DNA of 64,000 nucleotides from Octopus vulgaris (GCA_951406725.2 OX597834.1:21514001-21578000); one strand, 5' to 3'. Numbered from the stretch's first letter, positions 26,679 through 39,778 are shown. Numbers and translations: made by a program. Notes: a model not told the origin generated them from the sequence alone.

Positions 26679-26983
26679 TATGTAAGTATATGTTTTCTTT
26701 TCACGTTTCTGAAAATAACCCACTTACCATCTCTTTGATACAAATAGCTCTCTCTACCTCCTCCTGCTCCTCCTCCTCCACCCACTTCTCATTTCCTCTC
26801 TTTCTTTTTCTCTCTCCTTTTCTCTCTCTCTCTCTCACGTATTATTCCTTTCTTTCTTTTCAACGAAACATGTGACTAAGTGCGGTTTATGATCCACATC
26901 TTTCTGCAACTTTAGGCAATCCTGAGTGATTCTGAGATCTTTCTGAACAGCTTCGTGTATTTAAGCTGTTGCCACCACCACCA

Positions 26984-27008
26984 TTATTATTATTATTAGT
27001 AGTATTAC

Positions 27009-27050
<42 letters not shown>

Positions 27051-27059
27051 CATTATTAA

Positions 27060-27110
<51 letters not shown>

Positions 27111-27199
27111 CATTACTATTATTTATTATTATTACTATTATCACCATTATTATTATTATTATTTATTATTATTACTATTATCACCATTATTATTATTAT

Positions 27200-27242
<43 letters not shown>

Positions 27243-27268
27243 CGTCATCATCATTATTATTATTATTG

Positions 27269-27317
<49 letters not shown>

Positions 27318-27391
27318 TATTATTCTTATTATTATTATCGTTATTATTGTAATTATCGTCATCATCATTATTATCATTATCATTATTATTA

Positions 27392-27426
<35 letters not shown>

Positions 27427-27533
27427 GTTATTATTACCATTATTATTATTATTATCATTATTATTCTTATTATTATTATCGTCATCATTATTATTATCAT
27501 TATCATTATTATTGTTGTTATTATTATTATTAT

Positions 27534-27571
<38 letters not shown>

Positions 27572-27580
27572 TCATCATCA
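26984..27580. repeat. (TTA)n-based compound microsatellite with internal duplications
   Basis: Directly visible. Confidence 0.95.
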
Positions 27581-28020
27581 TGGTAGCAATATTAACTGTG
27601 AGAGTAACAATATCAATGAAAGTCGAATTTTAATGCCATATAAAAAAATTTTAAAAAGAAAACGTATTTTTCTTAAAACCATTTTTATCTTTGTATTTCT
27701 CTCATTTTGGTTTTTCTTTATTTCTGAAACCGTTTTTATCGTTATTTTTATATTTCAAGAATCATTCGTGGTTTAACACACGCATTTCGCGAAAATGCCC
27801 GATTCTTCTACGAAGATTGGAGTATTGATTGCACATCTAGAAATCCGAAAATCCGAAAACGTAGCTTTTTAAGGTGTTTCCAAGATAAGGGGAAAATGGT
27901 GGGTGGGGGGGTTGCTCTTTTTTTTTTCATTTCTCTCTTTTTTTTTCTTTTTTTTCCAAAAGAATCAAATCAAAGAAAGAAATAGAACAAATTCACTATC
28001 AAAGACAGAAAGCGCTTATT

Positions 28021-28075
<55 letters not shown>

Positions 28076-28163
28076 TCAACTCAAACATGCATTGACATGC
28101 ATGTGCATAAATGAACACATAGACACACATTCACAGACTCGTAGACATTCACACATACACACA

Positions 28164-28206
<43 letters not shown>

Positions 28207-28348
28207 CTTATGCTGTGAAATCTCACAGTCTACCCAGCAAACTGTGACAATAATTCTGGGTACTAAAGAACTCACGGGAAGTAGGGCAGTTGTGATGCTG
28301 AGGCAGTAGATTACAAATCATGGGGTTGTGAGTTCCAATCTTACTGTT

Positions 28349-28392
<44 letters not shown>

Positions 28393-28813
28393 TATATATA
28401 TACACACACGCACATATATATGTATGTATATGTTTGTGTATCTGTGTTTGTCCTCCCACCATTGATTGACAACTGATGTCGGTGTGTTTACGTCCCCCAT
28501 AACTTAGCGGTTCAGTAAAAGAGAACGATAGAATAAGTACTAGGGTTACAAAGAATAAGTCCTGGGGTCGATTTCTTCCACTAGAGGTGGTGCTCCAGCA
28601 TGGCCACAGTCAAATGACTGAAACAAATAAAAGAAAAAAAGAATAAATTAAACATTATTAATTGTATTAAAATTTTTTTAATATTTTGTGTATTTTAGAA
28701 ATAATGCCAATTTATGACACAAATTTCATCAGCAAAATCTTATCTAAGTAAAGGTAACTTTCTCAAATTATACTGACTCATAGGGGCCAGTTTCCTCGTT
28801 TCCATGGTATATA

Positions 28814-29425
28814 CAGGGTAGCTCGAAAAGTAGGTTTACAGTTATTCAACTATCTCTTTCGCATTCATATATTAACAGTTTAGATCTTACTCTTTTACTC
28901 TTTTACTTGTTTCAGTCATTTGACTGCGGCCATGCTGGAGCACCGCCTTTTAGTCGAGAAAATCGACCCCAGGACTTATTCTTTGTAAGCCCAGTACTTA
29001 TTGTATCGGTCTCTTTTGCTGAACCGCTAAGTGACGGGGACGTAAACACACCAGCATCGGTTGTCTAGCAATGCTAGGGGGATAAACACACACACACACA
29101 AACATATATATATATACATATATACGACAGGCTTGTTTCAGTTTCCGTCTACCAAATCCACTCACAAGGCATTGGTCGGCCCGGGGCTATAGCAGAAGAC
29201 ACTTGCCCAAGATGCCACGCAGTGGGACTGAACCCGGAACTATGTGGCTGGTTTGCAAGCTACTTACCACACAGCCACTCCTGCTTAATTATAAAAAGAA
29301 TATGAAACCATTATTCTATGCTAATTTAGTTAATTGTAAGATAGAAATTTAAAAGTAATAAGATATTTTAAAAGAAATTTAAAGTGCCTGTGTGATAACA
29401 GTAAACCAATTTTTGGGCCACCCTG
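28814..29425. mobile_element. Tc1/mariner-like MITE (~210 bp without its insert) with TA target duplication
   Basis: TA|CAGGGTAGCTCGAAAAGTAGGTTTACAGTT ... AACAGTAAACCAATTTTTGGGCCACCCTG|TA, imperfect ~30-bp TIRs; a related solo TIR lies at 50623-50654. Confidence 0.8.
28886..29284 (-). mobile_element. SINE family A nested in the MITE
   Basis: Near-complete reverse-complement copy. Confidence 0.9.
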
Positions 29426-29427
29426 TA

Positions 29428-29992
29428 TATTCACCACCTGAATGGGACACTGATCAATCATAGGATTAGTCCTTTTTACCGGCCAAGTGGACTGGTGCTA
29501 AGTGAAAATAAAGTGTTTTACTTAAGAACACAAGACATTGCCTTGTCTAAGAATTGAAACTACATTCCCCTGGATGGGACACTCATCCATCACAGGAGTA
29601 CTCCTTTTTACCAGCTGAGTGGACTGGAGTGAAGTGAAAATAAACTGTCTTGCTGAAGAACACAATGAATTGAAACTACAATCTTATGATCATGAGTCCC
29701 AATACCCTAACCCCTAAGCCATGTTCCTCCACAAAGTAAAGGTAAAGTAACCTTCTCAAGTCGTGCTGACTCTTAAGGACCAGTTTCCCGGTTTCCATGA
29801 CATATGAATTCCCCACCTGGATGAGGCACCAGTCCTTTTCAGGTTTACTCCCTTTTGCTAACTGAGTGGACTGGAGTAAAGTGAAATGAAGTGTTTTGCT
29901 CAAGAACACAACATATCACCCAGTCCAGGAATTGAAACCACAACTTTACAATCATGAATCCAACACCCGAACCACTAAGCTACACACTCCAC
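29428..29992 (-). mobile_element. Cluster of family D-related SINE copies
   Basis: Three repeats of gagtggactggag..aagtgaaa..aagtgttttgctcaagaacacaa..gaattgaaac. Confidence 0.7.
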
Positions 29993-30068
29993 CAAAACCC
30001 TACATGGACCCTTAAGGGTCATGTGGGACCCCAGTTAAGAGTCACTGGTTCAGACGTAACTCCTTTTT

Positions 30069-31224
30069 GGGATCTTTGCGGTTTGAACGGCAGTTTTTTC
30101 TAGCGGTGTCATATGAAATTGTCACCCATAATTATGACCCTAGTATCGATCTATTGCATTTCAATCTATTTTACGGTTAGGGTTGGTTAGGGTTAGTTAG
30201 GGGTGGAGGTAAGTGTATCTTTTTTTCTTGACAAATGTAAATAAACACAATCTGTTTCTTAAACGAGGGACATATTCATATGGCACAGAATGCTTTTTAC
30301 CTCAATAGACGTCAGTGATTGGTTGAAATTGCAGAAATTGAAGAAAAAACACAACAAATATCTTACAAACCATAGAATTTTCTCAATAAAGCCAAGAGAA
30401 AAAGATGTTTTATAAACACATCTACCAGTACACGAAGTTTAAAATTTTTAGTTACTTAGAAATTATGTTAGAAACTGCCGTTCAAACCGAAAGGGTCCCC
30501 TTTTTACCCTAGTATCGATCTATTGCATTTCAATCTGTTTTAGGGTTAGGGTTAGGGTGGGGGGAAGGGTATCTTTTTTTCTTCACAAATGTAAATAAAC
30601 ACAATCTGTTTCTTAAACAAGGGAACATATTCATATGGCACAGAATGCTTTTTACCTCAATAGACGTCAGTGATTGGTTGAAATTGCAGAAATTGAAGAA
30701 AAAACACAACAAATATCTTACAAACTTTAGAATTTTCTCAATAAAGCCAAGAGAAAAAGATGTTTCATAAACACATTCTACCAGTACACGAAGTTTAAAA
30801 TTTTTTAGTTACCTAGAAATTATGTTAGTAACTGCCGTTCAAACCGAAAAGATCCCCTTTTTGACCCTAGTATCGATCTATTGCATTTCAATCTGTTTTA
30901 GGGTTAGGATTAGTTAGGGTTAGGGGTTGGGGGAAGGGTATCTTTTTTTCTTCACAAATATAAATAAACCCAATCTGTTTCTTAAACGAGGGACATATTC
31001 ATACGGCACAGAATGCTTTTTACCTCAATAGACGTCAGTGATTGGTTGAAATTGCAGAAATTGAAGAAAAAACACAGCAAATATCTTACAAACTATAGAA
31101 TTTTCTCAATAAAGCCAAGAGAAAAAGATGTTTTATAAACACATTCTACCAGTACACGAAGTTTAAAATTTTTTAGTTACCTAGAAATTACGTTAGAAAC
31201 TGCCGTTCAAACCGAAAAGATCCC
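30069..31224. mobile_element. Tandem array of a TIR element with telomere-like TTAGGG repeats (one complete unit and two 5'-truncated units)
   Basis: TIRs GGGATCTTTGCGGTTTGAACGGCAGTTT / AAACTGCCGTTCAAACCGAAAAGATCCC; units 30069-30499, 30506-30856, 30863-31224, each followed by TTTTT. Confidence 0.85.
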
Positions 31225-31564
31225 CTTTTTGTATTGACGTCCACTGACTGAGACCTCGTGTGCCATTTTCATTAAATTGAGACTTTGATTAAAATTTTAA
31301 ACTGAATTTGAATATTTCAGTGTGGGCAGTCTTAGACGAGTCGGTATTAAAAGGGTTTTTAAGAGATCTCTGTAGAAGAAGATAAGAATTTCTGCTCAGA
31401 TATCTCCAGCATCATCACCATGGATACAAACGGTATCTGTGACACTTTTGAAAACCGGAGCTGAAGCGATTTGGCTTTCATTCAATTGAAATTGCAAATA
31501 ACTAGCTATAATAAAACTGAAGTTGGTTTTCCTGTCAAGACTTCTGTCTCCTGTGAACAATTTT

Positions 31565-31638
31565 CAATAACAATAATAATAATAATAATAATAATAACAA
31601 TGACATTGATGATGATGATGATAATAATAATAACAATG

Positions 31639-31672
<34 letters not shown>

Positions 31673-31825
31673 CAATAATAATAATAATAATAACAATGAT
31701 AATAACAGCAAAGATATGGATGATGATGATGAAGACAATGATGATGGTGATGGTGGTGATGGAGGTGATGGTGATGATGATGATGACGACAATGATGAGG
31801 ATGGTGGTGGTGGTGGTGGTGGTGG

Positions 31826-31884
<59 letters not shown>

Positions 31885-32140
31885 GTGGTAGTGATGATGA
31901 CGACGACAATGATGAGGATGGTGGTGGTGGTGGTGGTGGTGGTGATAATAACAGCAATGAAAATAACAGCAAAGATATGGATGATGATGATGACGACAAT
32001 GATGATGGTGGTGGTGGTGGTGGTGGTGGTGGAGGTTGATGATGATGATGATGATGACAACGACAATGATGAGGATGGTGGTGGTGGTGGTGGTGGTGGT
32101 GGTGATGATGATGATGATGATGGTGATTGTGATGGTGGTG
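31565..32140. repeat. Compound (ATA)/(GAT)/(GGT) microsatellite with higher-order duplication
   Basis: aataacagcaaagatatggatgatg occurs twice and gacaatgatgaggatggtggt three times. Confidence 0.9.
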
Positions 32141-32268
32141 GTAGTGGGGGAGGAGGAGGATCTTCTCAGCTTGCCTCTCTAGAATTGATATTCTTCAATA
32201 GCTTTCAGTTACTGGAAATCTTGAAAATAGTTTATGGTACTGAAGGACATCAGTCACCTCATCCTCCT

Positions 32269-32312
<44 letters not shown>

Positions 32313-33199
32313 GTTATCATCAACATCATCGTTGCTTTCAGCTTCTGAATTCTGTCCCCGACCCATAAACCACTCCAACTATTTCCATTGCATTTTATCA
32401 ATTTCATTTAAGAATTATTTTTCCATTCTTTCGAATTTTCATTTCCCTACCGACTGTATACAAAGCATTGGTATTTAGCCCCAGGTATGCTTTGCCTGAA
32501 CAGTCCTATGATCACAAATGAGCCTTGTACCTGTGACTGTTACGTCTTTTCTTTCTTCAGGAACCGTGTTCAATCTAGGTTTTAGATATGATTTCATTTT
32601 TAAGTGTCTTGTTCAAAGACACTTCATTCAATGCATCACCAGGAACTGAACTCATGACCTGACAATCAGGAGCCGAATGCCCTAACCACTAAGCCATGTG
32701 CCTTCACTTTATGTGAGTGCTCCATAACCAAATAGATAGTTGGTGCTATGTCTTTATGTTAAACAAAATAGGACATCAGATACAATACATTGAGCAAATA
32801 TGAAATATGCCTCTGTGTGTGTGTGCGCACGTGTGTGTGTGTGCGCACGTGTGTGTGTGCGCACGTGTGTGTGTGTAAGTGTGTGTCTGTATGTGTGTGT
32901 ATGTGTGTGTGTGTGTGTGTGTGTATGCAAGTGTTTATAAGTGTGTGAATTAATTTTCCTTGCCTTCTCTCTCTCCCCCCCAACTCTCTCTCTCTGCAAC
33001 TCCTTCATCTGACTACTTCTACCTTCCTCATCCTCTTCCCCCAATCTCATGCTCTTCTCACCTCCACACACACACACTCACACTTCTTTTTATCTCTTCT
33101 CACTTTATTTGTTTCTCTTTAACCATTCTCACCACCACTGCCACCACCTCTTCCTCTCTGCCACTTTTCTCTCTCTCTCTCTCTCTCTCTCTCACTCAC

Positions 33200-33730
33200 T
33201 CCCTCTTAAAAACAATACTCAGAAAAATGAGTCTCTCTTCCTTCCTCCGTTCTCTCTCTCCCCTTCTCTCTTTCTCTCTCCTTTCTCTCTTTCTACCCTT
33301 CTCTCTCTCTTAAAAACAATATTCAGAAGAATTAGTCTCTCTTCCTCTGCCTACTTCCCTCTCTCTCTCCTTCCTCTCTCTCTCTCACTCACTCCCTCTT
33401 AAAAACAATACTCAGAAAAATTAGTCTCTCTTCCTTTCCCCCGTTCTCTCTCTCCCCTTCTCTCTCTCTTAAAAACAATATTCAGAAGAATTAGTCTCTC
33501 TTCCTCTACCTACTTCCCTCTGTCTCTCCTTCCCCTCTCTCTCTCTCTCTCTCTCTCTCACTCACTCCCTCTTAAAAACAATACTCAGAAAAATTAGTCT
33601 CTCTTCCTTTCCCCCGTTCTCTCTCTCCCCTTCTCTCTCCTTTTTCTCTCTCTCTTAAAAACAATACTCAGAAAAATTAGTCTCTCTTCCTTCCCCCGTT
33701 CTCTCTCTCCCCTTCTCTCTTTCTCTCTCC
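33200..33730. repeat. Minisatellite of six ~70-105-bp units (cttaaaaacaata.tcagaa.aattagtctctcttcc plus CT tract)
   Basis: Unit cores at ~33205, 33308, 33398, 33468, 33571 and 33654. Confidence 0.9.
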
Positions 33731-33912
33731 TTTTTTCTATTTCTCCTCTTCTCTCTCTTCCTCTGCCTACTTCCCTCTGTCCCTCCCTCCTCTCTCTCTC
33801 CTTCTCTCTCTACTTTGTTGACCAAAGCATAAAGAATACGTGTGTTACAAGTATATCTTCCAGGAGAACCTTACAATGGCAAGTAGTTGTTGACTCTTTG
33901 ATTAATGAACGA

Positions 33913-33994
33913 TAATAATAACAATAATAATAATAATAACAATAATAATAATAATAACAATAATAATAATAATAACAATAATAATAATAATAAC

Positions 33995-34030
<36 letters not shown>

Positions 34031-34253
34031 GACTTGGATAATAACGACAACAACAACTACAGCAATAACAATTGTAATAACCACGACAATAACAACAACA
34101 ACAACAGCATTAGCAATCGTAATAAGAGTAACAATAGCAACAAAATTGTAACCATGACAATAATCGTAACACCACCACCACCAACAACAACAACAAGTTA
34201 CAACAGCAACAAAAACGACTGCACCGCCGCCACCACCACCACCATTATCACAT

Positions 34254-34297
<44 letters not shown>

Positions 34298-34729
34298 ACA
34301 ACTCCTACAAGAACAACATCGTCGACCACAATGATCTGCTCAGACCAAAAAAACACCATCAATAGAAGAAGAAAGCCAACTAACTTGTCCAAGACAATTC
34401 AAACATTTATTTTGTCGTTTATGGGGGGGAGGGGGGACTTTTTGTCTTGTTGTTCTTGTTGTTGTTGTCTCGTGTTTCCTCAGTTTCTCTTCAAACGAGA
34501 AAATACAAACACAAACCCCGGTTTCTGGTTTTGGTTTTGGTTTTGGATTGGGTAGACGAAAACAACAAGAACAGATTAGAGAACTATAGCGTTGCTGCTG
34601 CTGCTGCTACTACTGCTGCTGGTAGAGATAGTGGTAGTGATGGTGATCGTGGTGGTGGGTGGGGTGGAGGTGGTGGTGATGAGGGTACTGATTCTGGTGG
34701 TAGAGATAGTGGTGGTGATGGTGATGATG

Positions 34730-34764
<35 letters not shown>

Positions 34765-34798
34765 GGTGGTAGTAGTAGTAGTAGTAGTACTGGTGGTG

Positions 34799-34838
<40 letters not shown>

Positions 34839-35910
34839 CCGTGGTGGTGGTGGTTAAGGCGGTGATGATGGCAACAGTGTTGGCGGTGGTAATGGTGTTA
34901 TTCATGATGGTGGTAGTTGTTGTTGTCGTGGTGCTGCTGCTGCTGGTAGTAGTAGTTGTAGTAGAGATGGAGGTAGTGGTTGTGATGATGGTGGTGGTGG
35001 TGGTTTGATAATTTTGACAGTGGTGGTGCTCTTATAGCCGGGGTGGTGGTGGTGATGATGGCAGTGGTGTTTTCCCAATCGCTAAAATGGTGATGGTGAA
35101 GGTGGGTTTTTTTTGTTTTGTAGGGGCACCAATATTATTATTGGAGTTATTGGTGGAGGGGTACTGGCAGTGGCTGTGTGGTGGGGGTAGGGTGGGGCAA
35201 GGGAACAAAACAAAAACAAAAATACATAAATAGCACAAAGCAAATACATCAACAACAACAACAACAATAATAATAGTAATAATAATAATAATAATAATAG
35301 TAATAATAATAATAATGATAGTAATAATAATAATAATGATGGTAATAATAATAATAATGATAGTAATAATAATAATAATAGTAATAATAATAATAGTAAT
35401 AATAATGATGATAATAATAATAATGAAAATAATAATAATACTACTACTACTACTAATAATAATAATAATAATAATAATAACAATAATATTAATAAAAATA
35501 ATATTAATAATAATAATAATAATAGTAATAATAATAATAATAATAGTGAAAGCAAACAACCTGATCGACAACAACAACATCAACAGCAACAACCGGAACC
35601 AAAAAAAAAAACAACAATATGACAGTAAAGAGAGCTGAAAACCAAACAAGTCCTTCCTCCCCTGTTTCCAATCCAAAGTCTTTGAGACAGAATGGAAGCA
35701 GCAAGAATTATTACGATTGAAACAACAACAACAACAAGTGGAAGAAGAGGTGGGGGAGGAGGAGGAGGTGGTGGTTGTGGTAGTGCCATCTTTTGTCTCC
35801 CGTCACTCAACTAGTTCCATGGAAAATCTAAGAGAATCGGAGAGAGAGAGAGAGACAAACAGACTATTGTCTTCCGTCTCAAAACCTTGCATAGACAGAT
35901 GGAGTAATAA

Positions 35911-35944
<34 letters not shown>

Positions 35945-36520
35945 ATATTCTTTCTTTTGCTCTCTCTTTCTCCCGTTCCCCCTGCAACAGTCACATGACT
36001 CTCAGAACAAAGAGAACGCCAGAGAGTTTTACCTTAAAAACCAAAAATCAAAAAGAAATAGGAAAAATTGAAAATACAAATACAAATACAAAGTCAAAAT
36101 AGCTTATGAAGAATAATTCTGGATGATGATGATGATGGTGGTGGTGGTGGTGGTGGTGATGGTGGTGGTGGTGGTGGTGGTGGTGGTGGTGGCGATTATT
36201 GTGGTGGTTGGAGTAATGATGATAATTATGATGTGGATGATGATGATGACGATTATAGTTGCGGTGGTGGTGGTAGTTATTGTGGTGGGGGATATTGACA
36301 ACGATTATGGTAGTGGTGGTGACAATGATGATGATGATGACGATGATGATGATTATCATCGAGATAGTGGTGAACATGGAGATGACAATGAAGCTGATGA
36401 TTATGGTGGTGGTGGTAGTGGCGTTGATGACAGTGATTCTGATGGTGATTGTGCTGGTGGTGTTTATGGTGGTTATGATGATGATGATTGCAATAGAGAT
36501 GGTGATGGTCGTGGTGATGA
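33913..36520. repeat. Trinucleotide-repeat-rich block ((AAT), (CAG), (GGT/AGT), (GAT))
   Basis: Directly visible; no SINE or MITE recognised inside. Confidence 0.85.
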
Positions 36521-37039
36521 TGGAATATCACTTGTTATGTGTGTCTTCTTATGGGAAAATTTTTGTTTATTTCTATTTCTTTCCTTCATTTCAAGGTATT
36601 TTGTACTCCGTTTCTGTCTTTTTCTTTTTCTTTTGTAATTTTTGTTATTGACAGTAATTATTTGTTTTTCTTTTGTTCGTTTACAACTTTTCGAAGAATT
36701 TTTCCTCTGAAACTCAAAAGGAATCACTCACATTACAGTGTAATGTCTGACATAAGACAAAAAGGAAAGGAAACAACAACAAAAAACAAAAAAAAACAAA
36801 GCATAGACACAGGAGTGGCTTTGTGGTAAGAAGCTTGCTTCCCAACCACATGGTTCCTGGTTCAGTGCCACTGAGTGGCGTCTTGGGCAAGTGTCTTCTA
36901 CTTTAGACTCAGGCCAACCAAAACTTTGAGAGTGGATTTGGTAGATGGAAACTGAAAGAAGCCCGTCGTGTGTGTGTGTGTGAGTGTGCACATAACAACA
37001 AACAGGTGTATTAGTTTGACGTTCGGAAAGGTGAGAAAG

Positions 37040-37077
37040 TCTTTTACGTTTCGAGCCTATGCTCTTCAACAGAAAGA
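37040..37077 (-). ncRNA. Minimal type I hammerhead-like motif in a Penelope-like pLTR relic (~36993-37115)
   Basis: Minus strand TCTTT-CTGTTGA-A-GAGC-ATAG-GCTC-GAA-ACGT-A-AAAGA: stem I 5 bp, stem II 4 bp, palindromic stem III, GUA site; core has A6U. Confidence 0.55.
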
Positions 37078-37746
37078 AACAAGATGAAATAAACAGAGAG
37101 AGAATAAAAAAAAGCTTGTGTGTGTGTGTGGGTGTATGTGTAAGTGTGTATATGTTAAATATAATAAGATAACAAGGCCAAAGCAATTTGATATTCCTAG
37201 GGACATTTATAAATAGAAGACTGGCAAGCCAGAAGACTGGCAAGCCAGAAGGCTGCACCAGGCTCCAGTCTCATCTGGCAGTGTTTCTACAGCTGGATGC
37301 CCTCCTTAACACCAACCACTCTGAGAGTGTAGTGGGTGCTTTTACGTGCCACCGGCACGAGGGCCAGTCAGGTGGTTCTGGCAACAACCTCGCTCAAAAG
37401 ATGTTTTTTACGTGCAACCTGCATAGGAGCCAGTCTGGTGGCACTGGCAATGACCATGTTCAAATGTTGCTTTTCACGTGCCACCAGCACATGTGCCATT
37501 AAGGCGATGCTGGTAATGATCATGCTTGAATGGTGCTTTTTATGTGCTACCAGCATGGGAGCCAATCAGCGGCCCTGGCAATGATCAGGCTCAGATGATG
37601 CTTTTAATGTTCCACTGGAGTGAGTGCTAATCAGGCGGTACTGTCATCGACCATGTCAGCGATTTTAATTTTGATTTCCCTTGCCTCAACAGGTCTTTAT
37701 ATTATATAATATCATAAAATTTGGGGTAAGACATAAAGCCAATGAT

Positions 37747-37782
<36 letters not shown>

Positions 37783-38524
37783 TATAAATTATCTATGTAT
37801 ATACCCACATACATATAAATGTATACATGTGCATTTTTACATATGGACATTCTCATATATACACACATATACACACATATGTATATGACTTCATCAAAAT
37901 TTAGCTTCCAATTTTTTCTTTTCTTTTTAAAAATGATAGATTATGAATTAAGTGAGATATTTGGCTGCTATTTCTAGCCAGTCAAACAGCCACACCCAGA
38001 ACCTCCATCTTGAGCTCAAGGACTGTTCAATATCTCACTCAGTAAGGCTGCCTTTGTGTTTGTTTGATCCAATAAAGATGGGAACAAGATAGAGACAAAC
38101 GACGTTAAATTAATTGGAATTTAGCCTCGTTAACAAATACAATTTCATTCTGATTTATTTCTCCTCTGATAGCTCATTATTATTATTATTATTATCATCA
38201 TTATTGTCATTGTTGTTGTTGTTATTATTAAGAGTTCTTAACTGAATTATCTGTCTGATTTTCTGTAGGCTCTTCCAGAAATGCCGCCGATAATCTGTGA
38301 TATATTTGAACAAGATCTGTGTACATGATAGCTTCATGAAACTTTTGAAGTGGATCTTTTCTGTTGAACGCATAGATAGATACTTGTGAAGAATAGTTGC
38401 CTTCAGGGATAGATGTATGCATGTGCGTGCGTGTGTTTAGTGTATGTGTGTGTTTGTGGGTTCATCCCTGTATCTATATGTATATATATATGCATGTATG
38501 TGTGTATGTAAATGTATGTATGTA

Positions 38525-38557
<33 letters not shown>

Positions 38558-38703
38558 GTATAATAATATAAATGATATATAAATATATGCATATATACAT
38601 ATTTGTACATGCCTACACACACATATATATATGTAGGTATGTACATATATGTATGTATATATGCATATATTTATATATCATTTATATCATTATACATATA
38701 TAT

Positions 38704-38720
<17 letters not shown>
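38525..38720. repeat. Fold-back inverted duplication within TA/TG-rich sequence
   Basis: tataaatgatatataaatatatgcatatatacata...gtacatgcctaca is mirrored by tgtaggtatgtac...tatgtatatatgcatatatttatatatcatttata. Confidence 0.8.
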
Positions 38721-38755
<35 letters not shown>

Positions 38756-38840
38756 CCATCATCATTTTGTGTCCCTATTTCCATTCTGGGACAGGGTATC
38801 TGTACATGTATATATGTATGTATACATGAATATATTTTTA

Positions 38841-38928
<88 letters not shown>

Positions 38929-39383
38929 TTATATGTAAGTGTGTATAATTACACACACATGTATAATACATAAGGAGCAAAAAAAAAATGTCACAAAAGT
39001 TATTCAAGAACCAACAGTTTCGTGCACTTTTCATAAGTAACATGCATGAAACTCTCAGCAATTGTTTGTGTGTGTGTGTGTGTCTATTGTGTGTCTGTGT
39101 GTGTCTATTGTGTGTCTGCTACAAATGATGTGCTTAAGGGCAAATGATTATCCCTACCCACTCTCTTATTCTCAACCTCTAGCAATACATGACTAAACTC
39201 AAAATTCTAAATAAGATAAAAGTTATAGAAATATATATTTGAATGAGGAGCAAATATTAAATCATTGAGATAAAACATACAATTTTTAAAATTGGCTGCA
39301 TATATATTGAACTTTAAATCTATATATCTACTTCTCAATTAAACTGTCTATTGCTCAACTGGTCTGTCTGTCTATCTATCTAC

Positions 39384-39415
<32 letters not shown>

Positions 39416-39520
39416 TGGTAAAAACGGGAAGATAACAAAAGAAAGAAAGAGACCTCAATATTATGTAAATAGAGGAAATTTATCTGTAAATTAATATGTG
39501 ACAATTATTCAATAACCAAG

Positions 39521-39576
39521 ATAAAACTCTGAGTTTCGGATGCCAAAGTGGAAATCCACACCACCATCTCTTCGGT

Positions 39577-39579
<3 letters not shown>
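39521..39579 (-). ncRNA. Degenerate hammerhead-like motif in a TA-flanked Penelope-like relic
   Basis: Minus strand ATAA-CCGAAGA-GATG..(GTGG/CCAC)..CATC-C-GAA-ACTCAGAGT-T-TTAT; type I topology, but with U4C and an extra C. Confidence 0.35.
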
Positions 39580-39610
<31 letters not shown>

Positions 39611-39778
39611 GCCGCTATATCGGAAATCTACAATGGTCCCATAACTCCCATCCCAGCTATGACCTTGGAGCCCTGGTAAGCCATTACAGCACTTACCCAG
39701 CATAGCTAGTCATTTAGATCCCCTGTGAACTGAACCCCCATATTTTGTGTCTGTGTGTATGTATATATATATATATAT

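Noticed and set aside
30175-30205. TTAGGG repeats as a telomere or chromosome fusion scar
   Set aside because: Only a few imperfect units, and they are an internal part of a multicopy TIR element.
31471-32478. Longest ORF (335 aa)
   Set aside because: Mostly poly-I/M/V/D/G from compound microsatellites, with a non-ATG start and no recognisable domain.
33905-34555. 216-aa poly-N/T/S/A ORF on the NAV strand
   Set aside because: Low complexity, no NAV similarity and no clear splice sites; cannot be supported as coding.
38270-38400. Unique-looking sequence after a ttttctgtag acceptor-like site
   Set aside because: The frame continuing from the NAV exon stops within 11 codons, and the minus-strand ORFs show no recognisable motif.
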